Positions 35,684-47,147 of a DNA stretch of 64,000 nt are shown here, piece after piece. Position 1 is the first letter of the stretch; each line of letters begins with the position of its first letter. The stretch comes from Podarcis liolepis (taxonomy: Eukaryota). A program made the position numbers and the translations under genes. The notes below the pieces were generated by a model, which was not told the origin of the DNA, did no database searches, and was given only the letters and a program-made list of their open reading frames with translations. Where the stretch lies: NCBI GenBank assembly GCA_965112155.1, contig OZ218110.1, one strand, 5' to 3'.

Positions 35684-38600
35684 GTAAGTCACTCTTCTTC
35701 CTTTAACTGTGTTAAAGTTGTTTCAAATATGTTGTGAAATGCTTCTTATAAAATAAAGAAAGTTCATTTATTTCAATAAAGATGAATCCCTGTAAGGGTT
35801 TTGTTGTTGTTGTTTTTGGTGGGTATACAGACATGTTTCTTCATATTCTTCACACATACTTGAATACATATACAAAAATATTTAAATAAGGGCTAAACTG
35901 GGAAGATTTTTTTAAAAAACTCTTCAGCAATTACATATATTTTCCCCAAACTACTCAATGATCACGCCAAACCAAGCTGGTATTTCTCTCCATTCCACAC
36001 ATTACGCAGAAGTAAACCTTGGTTTGCCTGTGAATGTTTACTCAACAGCTGCCAACAGTTGTGATTTCAATGGGGTGTACTTATGATCCAGTTCTATTTT
36101 GTTATGATTACTGTATTTTTTATAAGTGGTTTCTTGCAATTACTCTTGAAATTAAATTTTGCAGTGTGTGTGCATGTGTGGTGGTAATGGAATACTGCAT
36201 CTTCTGTGCATTTACAGAATTAATTCTCATTGCAGTCCCTTGACTCGCAATTATCAACATGTTCTTGCCTTGGTCTATGCAGTAGAGGAGATAAACAAGA
36301 ACCCCAATCTGCTACCCAACATGACTCTGGGATTTCACACCCATGAAAACTATTTCAATGCAAGGAAAACATATGAATGTTCATTAAGTATCCTTTCAGG
36401 AAGAGGCAGAACAGTTCCCAACTACACCTGCAGGAAACAGAACAACTTAATAGCTGTTATTGGAGGGCTAAAGTCCATGTCATCCATTCAGATGTCAACT
36501 GTCTTAGGTTTATACAAGATACCACAGGTGTGTATATTGGAAGAGACTTTCATGATAGAACATTCAGACATCCAGATCTTCTTTTGGCATATTAGCGATA
36601 TCAGACAGTTTATATGTGAGCACGCTTTCACCACCAATAGGAAGGATGTTGGGATGTAAATTAATATGGAAATGTGTGATACTTTGTTTGTGACTCTCAG
36701 TGAAAAGGGTACTTGTCTTCTTTCCCCCTCATTTTAGATCAGCTACGGATCATCTGATGAAGTATTGAGAAGTAAAACCCTTTTCCCATTTTTCTACCGG
36801 ACTGTCCCAAATGAAGGTCTTCAGACCTTAGGAATAACCAAATTAGTTTTGCACTTTGATTGGACGTGGGTTGGCCTCATAGCATCTTATAATGATCAAG
36901 GTGAAACCTTTGTCCTGAACTTGAAGAAGGAATTTGTCCAAAAGGGTGTGTGCATTGAATTTACAGAAATGCTTCCCAAAATGCTTGATAAAACTATGCA
37001 TATAAAAAATAAAATAATTAAGTCATCCTCCAGTATCATTGTGGTGTATGGAGATACAGATTTCCTCATCTGGGTAAAGATAACTATTGAAAGTTCTGCA
37101 GTTTCAGGGAAGGTTTTAATCATCACATCCCAATGGGACTTCCTATCTAGTGTCTCTTATTTGCATATGGGATTTTCTTCCTTCAGTGGCACCTTGTCAT
37201 TTGCTCTCCATAAACATGAAATTGTGGGATTTCGCCATTTTCTTCAGAACATAACCCTCAGCAAATACCCAGATGATGTCTTTCTGCCACATTTTTGGGG
37301 GGCTGCATTCAGCTGTTTCATTCCATCACTAGATTCAGGCAGCATGTTTTGGCAACTATGTACTGGAAATGAAAGGATTAAGGATTTGCCTAAGTACAAA
37401 TTTGATTTGCAAACATTGGACTTGAGCTACAATATATACAAAGCTGTTTATGCCATCGCAAAATCTTTACATGAAATGTATTCATCCAGATACATCTCAA
37501 CAAAGATGGAGAACAGATCAAGACCAAAGATGCATAAAATTAAGCCATGGAAGGTAGTAAGAATATTTACTTTCTACTTATTTAAGGTTATGAGCAATTG
37601 CTGCTAGCTTCTGTTTCCACTAAAGAAAAGTATGTCTCAGGATGGATCTGTGTTAACAAAGGAATATTATTATTCAAGGTTTCCATTTCCTGAGAAATTG
37701 AAAGATGAATGACAGCAATGGTGGTCTCCAGCTTAAAGAAGGGGCAACCAAATTTTCAGTTTTCCAAAAACCCACCTGTTCCCACCAATGAAACAATTCA
37801 GTTGCAGTTGCACTTTCTACTACTTGCTTTAGTGTGTTCTTGTTAGCCAGATTACTATTGTTCTTCAAACTGTTTTTCCAGTGGTGGCAATCGCGGCTCT
37901 GCGTGGCCATGGGAAAACCAGGGGTTCTCACCTGCATGACCAGCAGCAGCAATAACAGCTTTTACCAGTAGCAGGGACTTCTGGGACATCTCTCCAAACT
38001 TCAGATTGGCCAATAGTGAGTGTGGTTTGGGAGATGAACCTGAGGGAACTAGTCTCCACTCAGATCCATCGCCGTTGCATAAATTCTTGCTGTGCTTTGA
38101 GTGGCCAGCACAGTCAACATTCTGTATCTTTTGGCCCTGCCCAAAGGCTAGTAGACAGTGCTCCAGCACAGCCTTGCTGTGGAATTAATCAGTTGCTGTA
38201 TTAAGGGCCAGGGAGGAATTTGCCTGCAGACAAATTAAGCCTGTCTGGAGTTTTTGCCTACCTCATAGCAACAGTCACAACTTTTGGCAGAAAAGGCATT
38301 GGGTTGTGTCAGTGAAGCTCAGATGCTGACAGTAGAAGAAGAACCAGGCATAGACATAGAACAGTTAACTGCAGAAGACAGAGAGGAGGGGGAGAGCAGC
38401 TGTAATCTGAGCTCTGAACAAAGGGGAGACAAAAGACAGGGCCAAAGTGATAGGCGGCTGTGTGAGAGCTCCAATAGTGAGTTAGATGTTGGAATGCAGG
38501 AAGCATTCGCTCCCAAATCTCGCAGGATCTCAAAAGTGGCTGAGATGTGTGAAGGATACTGGAAAAGAAGGTGGGGGGTTTCGTGCTGGGGAAGGGGGAG

Positions 38601-41600
38601 GAGCTCAGTTCGGGCAACTCCATCTTCTGGGGAGGATGATGAGTAGAGGAGCTCTGTTCTAATTTGTTGTTTTAGCAATAAATCTGAAATAATTAACAGC
38701 CAGAGTCGTCTCGCATTTGTGGGAGAGACCAAGCCATAACAGGTTGGATCCTTAGTCAAAACTGCAACAAAATGTTAAGGGTACTCTGGTAAAGGGGTCC
38801 ATGATAAAAGTTTTGATGATTAGCCCCAGATGGGGGCTAATGGGAGGTAAAACATCCCAAATCATGGCCTGCAATACTACTCTGTCCATGTGTTTCAATT
38901 AACAGGAGAGATCATGCTCATGGTCCCACAACTGGGGGTGGCTCATTGAGTGATTACAAAAGACAGGGCCTTTCCAGTGGTGACCCTCGGTCTCTGGAAT
39001 TCCATCCTTGAGGAAATATGGATAGCCTGTCATTGGTGGCATTTAGAAGCCAGTTAAAGTTTTATCCATTCGCTTGGGCCTTTAAGACCCAGTAGTTGAA
39101 AATGCTTGAAAACTTTTTCCAAGTTTGTGTTTTTAGAGTCTTAATGGTGTTATGAATGCTTTGTGATGATGTTTTTAATTACATTGTTCCCAACTTGGAG
39201 GACTTGCAGTATGCACATAAAAGCAAATCATACATAAAAATAAAACTATTACCGTTACTTCCTGTTACAAAAACACACACCAGAAGAACCACATTGTCTT
39301 CAAAAATGACTTTAAAAATAACAATAGCTTGCATCCAGACTAAATTAGTTGTCGTTAGTTCCCACCAAAATCAATAGGATTTAACATTAGTCATGATTAA
39401 AATATCACATTGATTTCATATTGACTCAAGTTTGGGTGTAATCCAATATTTGTCTTCCACATTTGAAATTAACCAAACAATTACTTTGGCTTGCCAGGTA
39501 ACTTGGTTCAACAGCTGTGGATCCATCACCGTGAAAGCCCTGCTCTGAGTACAAGAAGAGTCCATGTCTAAAAATGAAAGTGCCAAGAGTCAGGCTTCTG
39601 CAGCATAGTTCATAACTTTATTACTCGAAGCATGTATACAGATAATGTCTGTACAGGTCTAATGTTTTTATTATTTGGGATATGAATGTTGCTTGCATTT
39701 GAGCAAAAAATATTGACCATTGTGCATTTCCTTCTTTTAATTGATCATGCTATGCAGCTGCATCCTTTTCTGAACGAAGTCAGATATCATATTACTTCAA
39801 CAGATGATGTCTTTTTTGATGAGAGGGGAGAATCAACATCTGGATATGACATTCTCAATTGGTTTACCCTACCAAACGATACCTTAATTAACAGGAAAGT
39901 TGGTAGAGTCTACATGCGCCATCCATCAATTGAACCATTTTTCTTTATAAATTCAACAAGAATTGTTTGGCAAAAGAATTTCAAGAAAGTAAGAATTGCT
40001 ATGGGGTTGTTGTTGTGGGGTTTTTGTTTTTGTTTTTTATTTTAATCACTGATAATTAATATAATATACTACTATTCACTAGCAATTTCTCCCCCTACCA
40101 CACTAAGTAGTAATTTCATACATCTTTACATCTTTTAAATTGAATGCAATTGTAGATGATAATCAGAAAATCTGTCTATTTCTGCTCCATCATACTTTTG
40201 CATTTCTTTAAAGTATATTTGCTCAAAATATGTATTTAAATATGGAAAAAATATACACCTGCCCCATACTTTCTGTCTTGACTGACGTGAATCAGCAGGG
40301 CTTGAGATAGAATCATAGAGTTGGAAGGGATTCCATGGGCCATCTAGTCAAACCCCCTGAAATACAGGAATGCAGTGGTTTTAAACTCTGACTGAACATG
40401 GAGTCAGCAAGATGGGGGAAGGAGATACTGCATCTCCTTTTCTCCCTCTCAACCACATGTTTAATTAGGTTTTCAAGCTTATTTTAGGCCTCCCTAGGTC
40501 TTGGTTCCAGGATAAATCAGGGCTGATAGGAAGCCCTGGATCAGCCCCAAAATCAGAATGGGAGTCCTGTGTTCAGCTTCAATAAATGCACATTGCATTT
40601 GACCCATGGAAATGTCCACAAATATACAGATTCCCAGTAAAGTACAAAAGAATAAAAAATACATCTGCAGCCTTCATTTGAGCCATTTATTTTGTTTTCC
40701 CAGATATATAAAGTTTGCTTATATTCACAAAAAGCATATGGTCTTTCAGTAATCTCTTTCACATGCTGACATGAACCATTGCTTTCCCCCATCATTTTTG
40801 TGAATCTCTATTCTATTTTTTTCCTATATAAATAAAACACATTTTTATTAAAGATTTCTTGGTTTACAAAAGTATGTGCAATGTCTCTTTTTTTAAGTTA
40901 CATTTTTTACAGATCAATTTCATTTGTTGAGACATTAGTGTTACCTGAGGAAGAAAAGGGGGATAGAGGTGGAGGGGGGCATGGTGAGTGGGGGTGGGGT
41001 CGGGTGGCAATGTTTCTATTCTACTTAACATATGTGTGAGGTTTTGTGTCAGCCTTGCTTGTGTGGGTTTTCTTTACTATTCGCTTGTGTTCCTTTGGTT
41101 GTGAGAGAGGTTGGGGTTGGCCTAAGGTGTGGTTGTTTGTTTGTGATTGGCTGTGGTGAACTTCATTTTCATGTTGTTTTAGGTTCCACAATCTATCTGC
41201 ACCAAGAGCTGCCTTGAAGGTCAGTATAAGATAGCCATTGAAGGGAATCCTGTCTGTTGCTTTGCTTGTTCTCCATGCCCAGAAGGAACATTTTCTAACT
41301 ACACAAGTAAGAGCTATGGAGAGATCATGTCTTGCAAAAACCTGGAATATAGTCAATGTTCTGTGAATTTCAGACCCACACATATAGCTCTGAAAAATCA
41401 GGAGGGACTTCGTTCTTTGCAAATGCTCCGTATGCAAATACTCTATGACATGTAAAGGGTGTTTTTGTTTGTTTTTTACAATTCATTCATTTTATCAGAA
41501 GGCATCATCATAACCTATTTGATTAGAAAGAAGTGGTCTCAGAATTTTATCTAACCCAGCCTTCCCTAACCTCTTGCCCTCCAAATGTTCTAAGCTATAG

Positions 41601-43425
41601 CACCCATCACTCCCAGCCAGGATGATCCAAAACACTGGGAGGGCATGAGGTTGGGGAAGGGTGATCTAGTTAGTGAGTATAGGCTTTAAGATACTTGAAA
41701 GTGAGTTAGAGACATAGTTTCATGTCAGGCATAAAATCATTTATTTTGACTCACTGTTTCTGTTTCTGATGCAATAGAAAAGCCCAGCAAAACTGTTTAC
41801 TTGATGTGACAGTGAAATGAGTGTGGTACAAACTGCATGGGAAAAAATTTAATACTACCTTCAGTGTCTAGCGGAGAGGACACCTATGATTTTTCTACAG
41901 CCTGATTAAACAAACAAGTGCATATATTTTGTTGTATTAATCTCAATGGAATCAATATACTGGTTTATCTTAAATTTAAGTCCTGGAGAGTTTAGTTGGC
42001 TTGTGGTTCATTCTCTAATGCAGGGAGGGCCAACCGAAGACCAGTTCATGACCCAGCATACTTCTACTGCAGAAACATGGGGGTGGTTGGAACATGAGCT
42101 CTGGCCACTAAACCCCAGAGGGGACATATGGGTGCAGGAGAGATCAGAAGAAGCCCCAAGCTGCCAAACTCACACATTATGACATTTTTAAAAGAGGATG
42201 CTGGCACCAGTGCCACTGCTGCTACTAAGATAAGCAGATCCCCCTCATCTGAACAGATGAGTTTACTTTCCAACCTAAGGGAGATGGAGCTCAGTTTTCG
42301 GTGTGAATCCCAAAACTGGGCAAACAGTTTGTAACTACAGGAGACACATGCACCTTTAGAGAATACTATCAAACTATCAGGAACTCACACTGCATGCCAT
42401 GTCCGTTGCTGAGACTAAAATGGATTGTCTTTCCATCACTTCAGTTGGATGTCCTGGCTGCAAAACATTCCCCCCTCAATTTTAATGTTTCTTCCTTTCA
42501 TTCAGATGCAGATCGTTGTGAGAAATGCCCAGAAGATCAGTACCCAAATCCAGATAAAGCAAACTGCATTCCAAAGTCAGTCACATTTTTGTCATTTCAT
42601 GAGCCTTTGGGGATTGGTTTGGCTGGGACAGCTGGTTCCCTTTTTCTTATCACAATTTTGGTGCTAGGGGTTTTTATTAAGAACCAGGATACTCCCATTG
42701 TAAAAGCCAACAATCGGAATCTTACCTACACCCTTCTCGTTACCCTGATGCTCTGCTTTCTTTGTTCCTTCCTATTTATTGGTCAGCCTGGAAAAGTGAC
42801 TTGCCTTCTCCGACAAACTACTTTTGGGATTATATTTTCTGCCTCTATTTCTTGTGTCCTGGCAAAGACTGTCACTGTGGTTCTGGCTTTCATGGCCACT
42901 AAGCCTGGAAATAAGATTAGGAAATGGAATGGAACAAAATTGACAAACTCCATCACTCTTTTCTGTACCCTTGCTCAAGTTATCATCTGTATTGCCTGGC
43001 TTAAATCCTCTCCTCCATTCCCTGATTTTGACTTTGAATCTGAGGCTAATCACATAGTAATCCAGTGTAATGAAGGAGCTGCCCATATGTTCTACACAGT
43101 CCTTGGTTACATGGCCTTTCTTGCTATTGTAAGCTTCTCTGTAGCTTTTCTAGCCAGGAAGCTGCCAGACATTTTCAACGAAGCCAAGTTCATCACCTTC
43201 AGCATGCTGATTTTTTGCAGCATTTGGATCTCATTTATTCCCACGTATTTCAGCACTAAAGGGAAGTTTATGGTGGCTGTAGAGGTCTTCTCCATTTTAG
43301 CCTCCAGTGCAGGCTTGCTGGGGTGCATCTTCTTCCCCAAAGTCTACATTATTGTCATGAGGCCTGACCAGAACACCAAAAGGAAGTTACTAAAGAAATC
43401 AAATTCTGGAACAAATGAGTTATAA
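35466..43425 (+). CDS. Vomeronasal type-2 receptor (V2R, class C GPCR), six coding exons, 866 aa, intact
   Basis: join(35466-35683,36236-36527,36738-37553,39758-39988,41183-41306,42506-43425)=2601 nt; all introns GT-AG with consistent phases 2,0,0,0,1; exons of 292 and 124 nt are typical V2R sizes. Confidence 0.93.
36236..36527 (+). CDS. V2R exon 2 (292 nt)
   Basis: [29 protein letters not shown]...PNYTC...LYKIPQ; ttgcag| acceptor and CAG|gtgtgt donor. Confidence 0.93.
36738..37553 (+). CDS. V2R exon 3 (816 nt, Venus flytrap domain)
   Basis: ISYG...[11 protein letters not shown]...HFDWTWVGL...[18 protein letters not shown]...PWK. Confidence 0.93.
37900..38870 (+). mobile_element. DIRS/LTR-like remnant in V2R intron 3, interrupted by a solo LTR
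   Basis: 38205-38306 matches the 26-kb element and similarity resumes after 38746; outer boundaries approximate. Confidence 0.5.
38307..38741 (+). mobile_element. Solo LTR (435 bp)
   Basis: TGTCA...TAACA termini, perfect 5-bp TSD GGTTG (38302-06, 38742-46), AATAAA near the 3' end. Confidence 0.8.
39758..39988 (+). CDS. V2R exon 4 (231 nt)
   Basis: LHPFL..VRY...[17 protein letters not shown]...KVG...IN...IVW; AAA|gtaaga donor. Confidence 0.92.
40307..40371 (-). mobile_element. CR1 3' terminus fragment
   Basis: atagaatcatagagttggaaggg...catctagtcaaacccc is the reverse complement of a CR1 end with an ATTCTRTG tail. Confidence 0.6.
40842..41163 (-). mobile_element. Antisense LINE (L1/Tx1-like) 3' UTR fragment in V2R intron 4
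   Basis: Begins with a T-rich tail (tttttattaaagattt) followed by a GT-rich body; ends about 20 nt before the exon 5 acceptor; family is from recognition. Confidence 0.55.
41183..41306 (+). CDS. V2R exon 5 (124 nt, cysteine-rich domain); missing from the ORF track
   Basis: [41 protein letters not shown]; ttttag| acceptor and A|gtaaga donor. Confidence 0.93.
41557..41663. mobile_element. Degenerate hAT-like MITE
   Basis: CAGCCTTCCCTAACCT / AGGTTGGGGAAGGGTG inverted termini; partial flanking repeat atcta. Confidence 0.6.
42506..43425 (+). CDS. V2R exon 6 (7TM domain)
   Basis: CPEDQYPN...TPIVKANNR...CLLRQ..FGIIF...LAKT...[16 protein letters not shown]...[20 protein letters not shown]. Confidence 0.96.
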
Positions 43426-43426
43426 G

Positions 43427-43432
43427 AATAAA
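43427..43432 (+). terminator. Candidate poly(A) signal directly after the V2R stop
   Basis: TAA g AATAAA. Confidence 0.4.
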
Positions 43433-43852
43433 AGACTCTTTTGCTCTTAAATTCCTAGCAAGGAAAAAAGGACTCTTGGAAAACATGTCCAAAAAAATCA
43501 TCGTTATGTGCCATCATTCCCATAGTCATTCAGATCAAGTAGTGCAGTAGAGTACAGCCCCCAGCAACCCAAATGCTTCTTCATATTTTGGAGCAAAGGA
43601 AAAGAATATGCAAAACCACTTAATCTAATGACAAAGGTGTCTTTGTCATTTTCAGAAATGTATCCCATTCACCTACCATTTCTTGCCAAAAAGAAAAGCC
43701 AGACTAATATTTCTGGTGAAAACTATCATGAAGGTAAGGCCATAGAGAGGATGCATAACAAAAACAATTTTAATACAAATTGTTATGAAGTGAGAAACAA
43801 CTGACACAAGCACACAGTGCCTGAGAGATGATACAGGTAGTTCCTGGTCAAT

Positions 43853-43879
43853 ATGATGATGATGATGATGATGATGATG

Positions 43880-43929
<50 letters not shown>

Positions 43930-43972
43930 TTATTATTTATACCCCACCTATCTGGCTGGGTTTCCCCAGCCA
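43853..43972. repeat. (GAT)n(AAT)n microsatellite attached to an antisense LINE 3' tip
   Basis: Repeat is followed by ttatttataccccacctatctggctgggtttccccagcca. Confidence 0.8.
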
Positions 43973-44185
43973 TGCTACAACTTGTGTGCCTAAATATTTG
44001 CTTTGTATTCTAGAACCTTCTCAACAAGTGTAAATAAAGAGTCTAAATAAAGAGGTCATAAGAGATAAACTAAAAGTCTCTGTTGTTCTCTCCTCTGATG
44101 GAAACTGATGCCAATATGGTGTAGGAAATGTGGTCTTTTCAGTCCCACCTAAGAACTCTTTTAGATACCTGCAGTAGAGAACAAG

Positions 44186-44186
<1 letters not shown>

Positions 44187-44219
<33 letters not shown>
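44187..44219. repeat. (TG)n microsatellite
   Basis: Read directly from the sequence. Confidence 0.95.
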
Positions 44220-44222
<3 letters not shown>

Positions 44223-44769
44223 CACACGCACCATTCCATGTAAAGAAGTCAACTGCATAGACAGTTGAATATTTAATAATGGCTATAAGCTAGCAGCTTC
44301 TAAGACACCTCAAGGCAGCAGGATAATTTGGGCTCAGTAGAACGCACAATTCTGTCCTTGAACACCACTTCCTGTCTCTCAGTATCTGCCACTTGATGCA
44401 GAGGTCTCAGTCTGCCTAACATCCCTGAAAGAATGACACTTTTGACTACATGCAAAAAGAGGCAGCAAAGTAGTAAAAGTTATCTTACAATTTGGGTACC
44501 ATTTTGTGTAGCAAATTGGTCTTAGTTTAGCACATATAGAATTAACTGAAATGGTTAATCCTAGTGAGATATGTTTCAAAATACACTCCACTACATGAAC
44601 CCTAGAAGTTGCAGTCATGCCCCAGCTGGCTAAAGCTTCTGCACCACAGTATTTCCACCTCATTAGTGTTTTCAGACCAATTTCAAATTCAGACTGAATT
44701 CTTTGGGAAGGTGGCCATGTTAGTAATGCCAAATCCAGATAGCAATACCCTCAAACATAGTGCCCAATG

Positions 44770-45110
44770 ATGGCACACTCATGGAAGCAGTGGATGGTTG
44801 GTGGAAGGACCCTGAGTGAGAAGTGGGGAAGAGAAGATATCCCAGAATGAGAGACTGGGAGGAGATGAAGAGTTCCCAGATGAGAGCTGGGAGGGTCCAC
44901 CACTTTCTGTGCATGACAAGGGTTCAGTGCTGCCTTTGAGAGAGGTCTCTGTGTTTTCTCTCTCTCTTCCTTTCTCTGTTTTGTTTAGATTAGTTTCTTT
45001 TATCTTACTGTATTATGAAAAAGCTTTAATAAAATATTATGAGAAAAAGAAGAAGACAGAATTCAACTTGCTTCTTAATGGCTTCCGGGACAAAAGAACT
45101 GGCTATGACA
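44770..45110 (+). mobile_element. Possible degenerate solo LTR
   Basis: Purine-rich body like 38307-38741, AATAAA, ends in ...TGACA; 5' end and TSD not found. Confidence 0.4.
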
Positions 45111-45151
45111 TATATTTAGGATAGGCATATGTGAAAGACCACCTTCACTTA

Positions 45152-45383
45152 TATTTTTATTTTCTTTATTATTACATTTAAATTTCACATTTCCTCCAAG
45201 AAGTTCAAGGTCGCAAACACAGAACTCTCTCTTCCCATTTTACGCTCAAACCAACCCTGAGCTAGATTAGGTCAAGAGAAAGCGTTTGGCTCAAGGTCAC
45301 CCACTTCATTGCTGAGCTGGGATTTGAACCCTGTCTTCCAGGACCTAGTCCAATACTTTAACCACTACACCACACTGGTTCTC
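45152..45383 (-). mobile_element. Older tRNA-derived SINE (Squam3/MIR-like)
   Basis: Reverse complement begins gagaaccagtgtggtgtagtggttaaag (A box) and has a gggttcaaatccc B box and an A-rich tail. Confidence 0.75.
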
Positions 45384-46030
45384 ATATGTATCCCATAAGA
45401 GCCTGCTTGCTTATTAAAATAATCAATGGAGACTCTCTTATGCCTGATGTAAATTTATTTACTATGCATATATTATTTAAACAAAAATACTGATGCTAGC
45501 TTTGGGAATTCTGGGTCTTCCACTTTGGGATTTCTGGATATCTGCAACTAGACCCTAATAATTCCCTCTCTTCATACTCTTACCTTAATTAATTCCCTAG
45601 CGTGTTGAATGTAAACAGATTTGTGGTTGTCATCACAGTAGAGTAGTCCACAAAACTCCATGCATGACAGTTTCATAAGGATATAATGTTGCCTGCTGAG
45701 TGCAGCTCATTTTTCGTCCTGTAAAATCATTCATTTTTTGTTTCTAGAAAGAAAGAAGTGTAACCATGGTTGTTGGGGTACTGTTGTTGCAAATGTGATC
45801 TGGATCATTGTGACTAAATTCAGAAGGGGAAAAAATAAGGTGATTTTATTAGAAGTTCTTTGTTCACATTTGATTAGCTGCCCATGCAGGAACTACAAGG
45901 AGCAAAGCTGGCTGCTTGATGGTGCCCAACAACTGGATTCTACTTGAATCTCAAGACAGGGTAACAAATAAAAATGGAGACAGCTTGTTTCACTCTAAGA
46001 GGTTGTAGACTCTGCTCTACAACCCAGTGT

Positions 46031-46286
46031 GAGAGCCAGTGTGGTGTAGTGGTTAAGAGCGGTAGTCACGTAATCTGGGAAACCGGGTTCGTGTCTCCGC
46101 TCCTCCACATGCAGCTGCTGGGTGACTTTGGGCCAGTCACACTTCTGTGAAGTCTCTCAGCCCCACTCACCTCACAGAGTGTTTGTTGTGGGGGAGGAAG
46201 GGAAAGGAGAATGTTAGCCGCTTTGAGACTCCTGAAGGGGAGTGAAAGGCGGGATATCAAATCCAAACTCTTCTTCTTCTTCTTCT
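46031..46286 (+). mobile_element. Young tRNA-derived SINE (Squam3-like, (CTT)n tail)
   Basis: A box tggtgtagtgg, B box ggttcgtgtc, CORE-like ctgggtgactttgggccagtcac, (TTC)n tail, CpGs retained. Confidence 0.85.
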
Positions 46287-47147
46287 GCTCGTTAGACTGT
46301 AGTGTAGGTTGTGAGGATGTAAAGTAAAAGCCTTAATGTAGCATGAAGGAGAGATATGATACAGCATCTTCAGATAAGATATTCATGATAATTTGGCCTA
46401 AAAGCAAAACATGCCATCTCATTATAATAATGAAATCACCATTGCCTTTTAAATATGTTGCTAAACTTGAATGAATTTGCCAATTTTAGATGATTGGGCA
46501 AATGCTTACCAAATTGAAATAGAAGATCTTTAAATAATGCTACGAAATGCTCATTCGTTTTTGCATTTGACATGAGATTGATCTGAAAGACCATACTCAT
46601 GTAATATGAGAAAAACATAAATAGAAGAGAAATGTGGTTACATGTAGCACTTAAAATGGCACTTAAGTGGCACTTAAGATCCAATAAGCTTTACTTACTC
46701 TTATTGCACATGTGTTAGTGCTATCTGAGTGTAGTACTGTCAATTTCCATAGGCAACTAGATTGTTTAAATTGCTTCTGACAGACACAAATAAGGAACAA
46801 CAAACGGAAGTCATGAACAACGGGTTTCATTAAACTGAGTTTTACTCAGAATAGACCTGCTGAAATGAATGAACATGAATAAGTCCATTCATTTCAGTTG
46901 GTCTTCTCTGAGTAAATATTTGCTTATTTTATAAAAGGTAATCTGTACAACTTCTTTTTTATTTTTTTGCAAACAAGTAAGTTTCAAAGGACCGGTAATA
47001 TTTGTTAAAAATCTACACTGATGTCACCTGTGTCTCACCTATAAAATAATTAGAGAAAAGTATGTTTCCTCTTCTAGAAGCTGTGTGGTATTATACTTCA
47101 CTATACATATTTATCTGGACTCTTTAGGACTTCTCAGGAGACATGTG

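Noticed and set aside
38284-38646. Acidic 120-aa ORF in V2R intron 3
   Set aside because: Lies almost entirely in a purine-rich solo LTR, has a non-ATG start and no recognisable domain.
43828-44013. Poly-Asp/poly-Asn ORF
   Set aside because: Translation of a (GAT)n(AAT)n microsatellite.
46031-46110. tRNA-like sequence with A and B boxes
   Set aside because: It is the head of a SINE that continues into a CORE-like body and (TTC)n tail; no complete cloverleaf.
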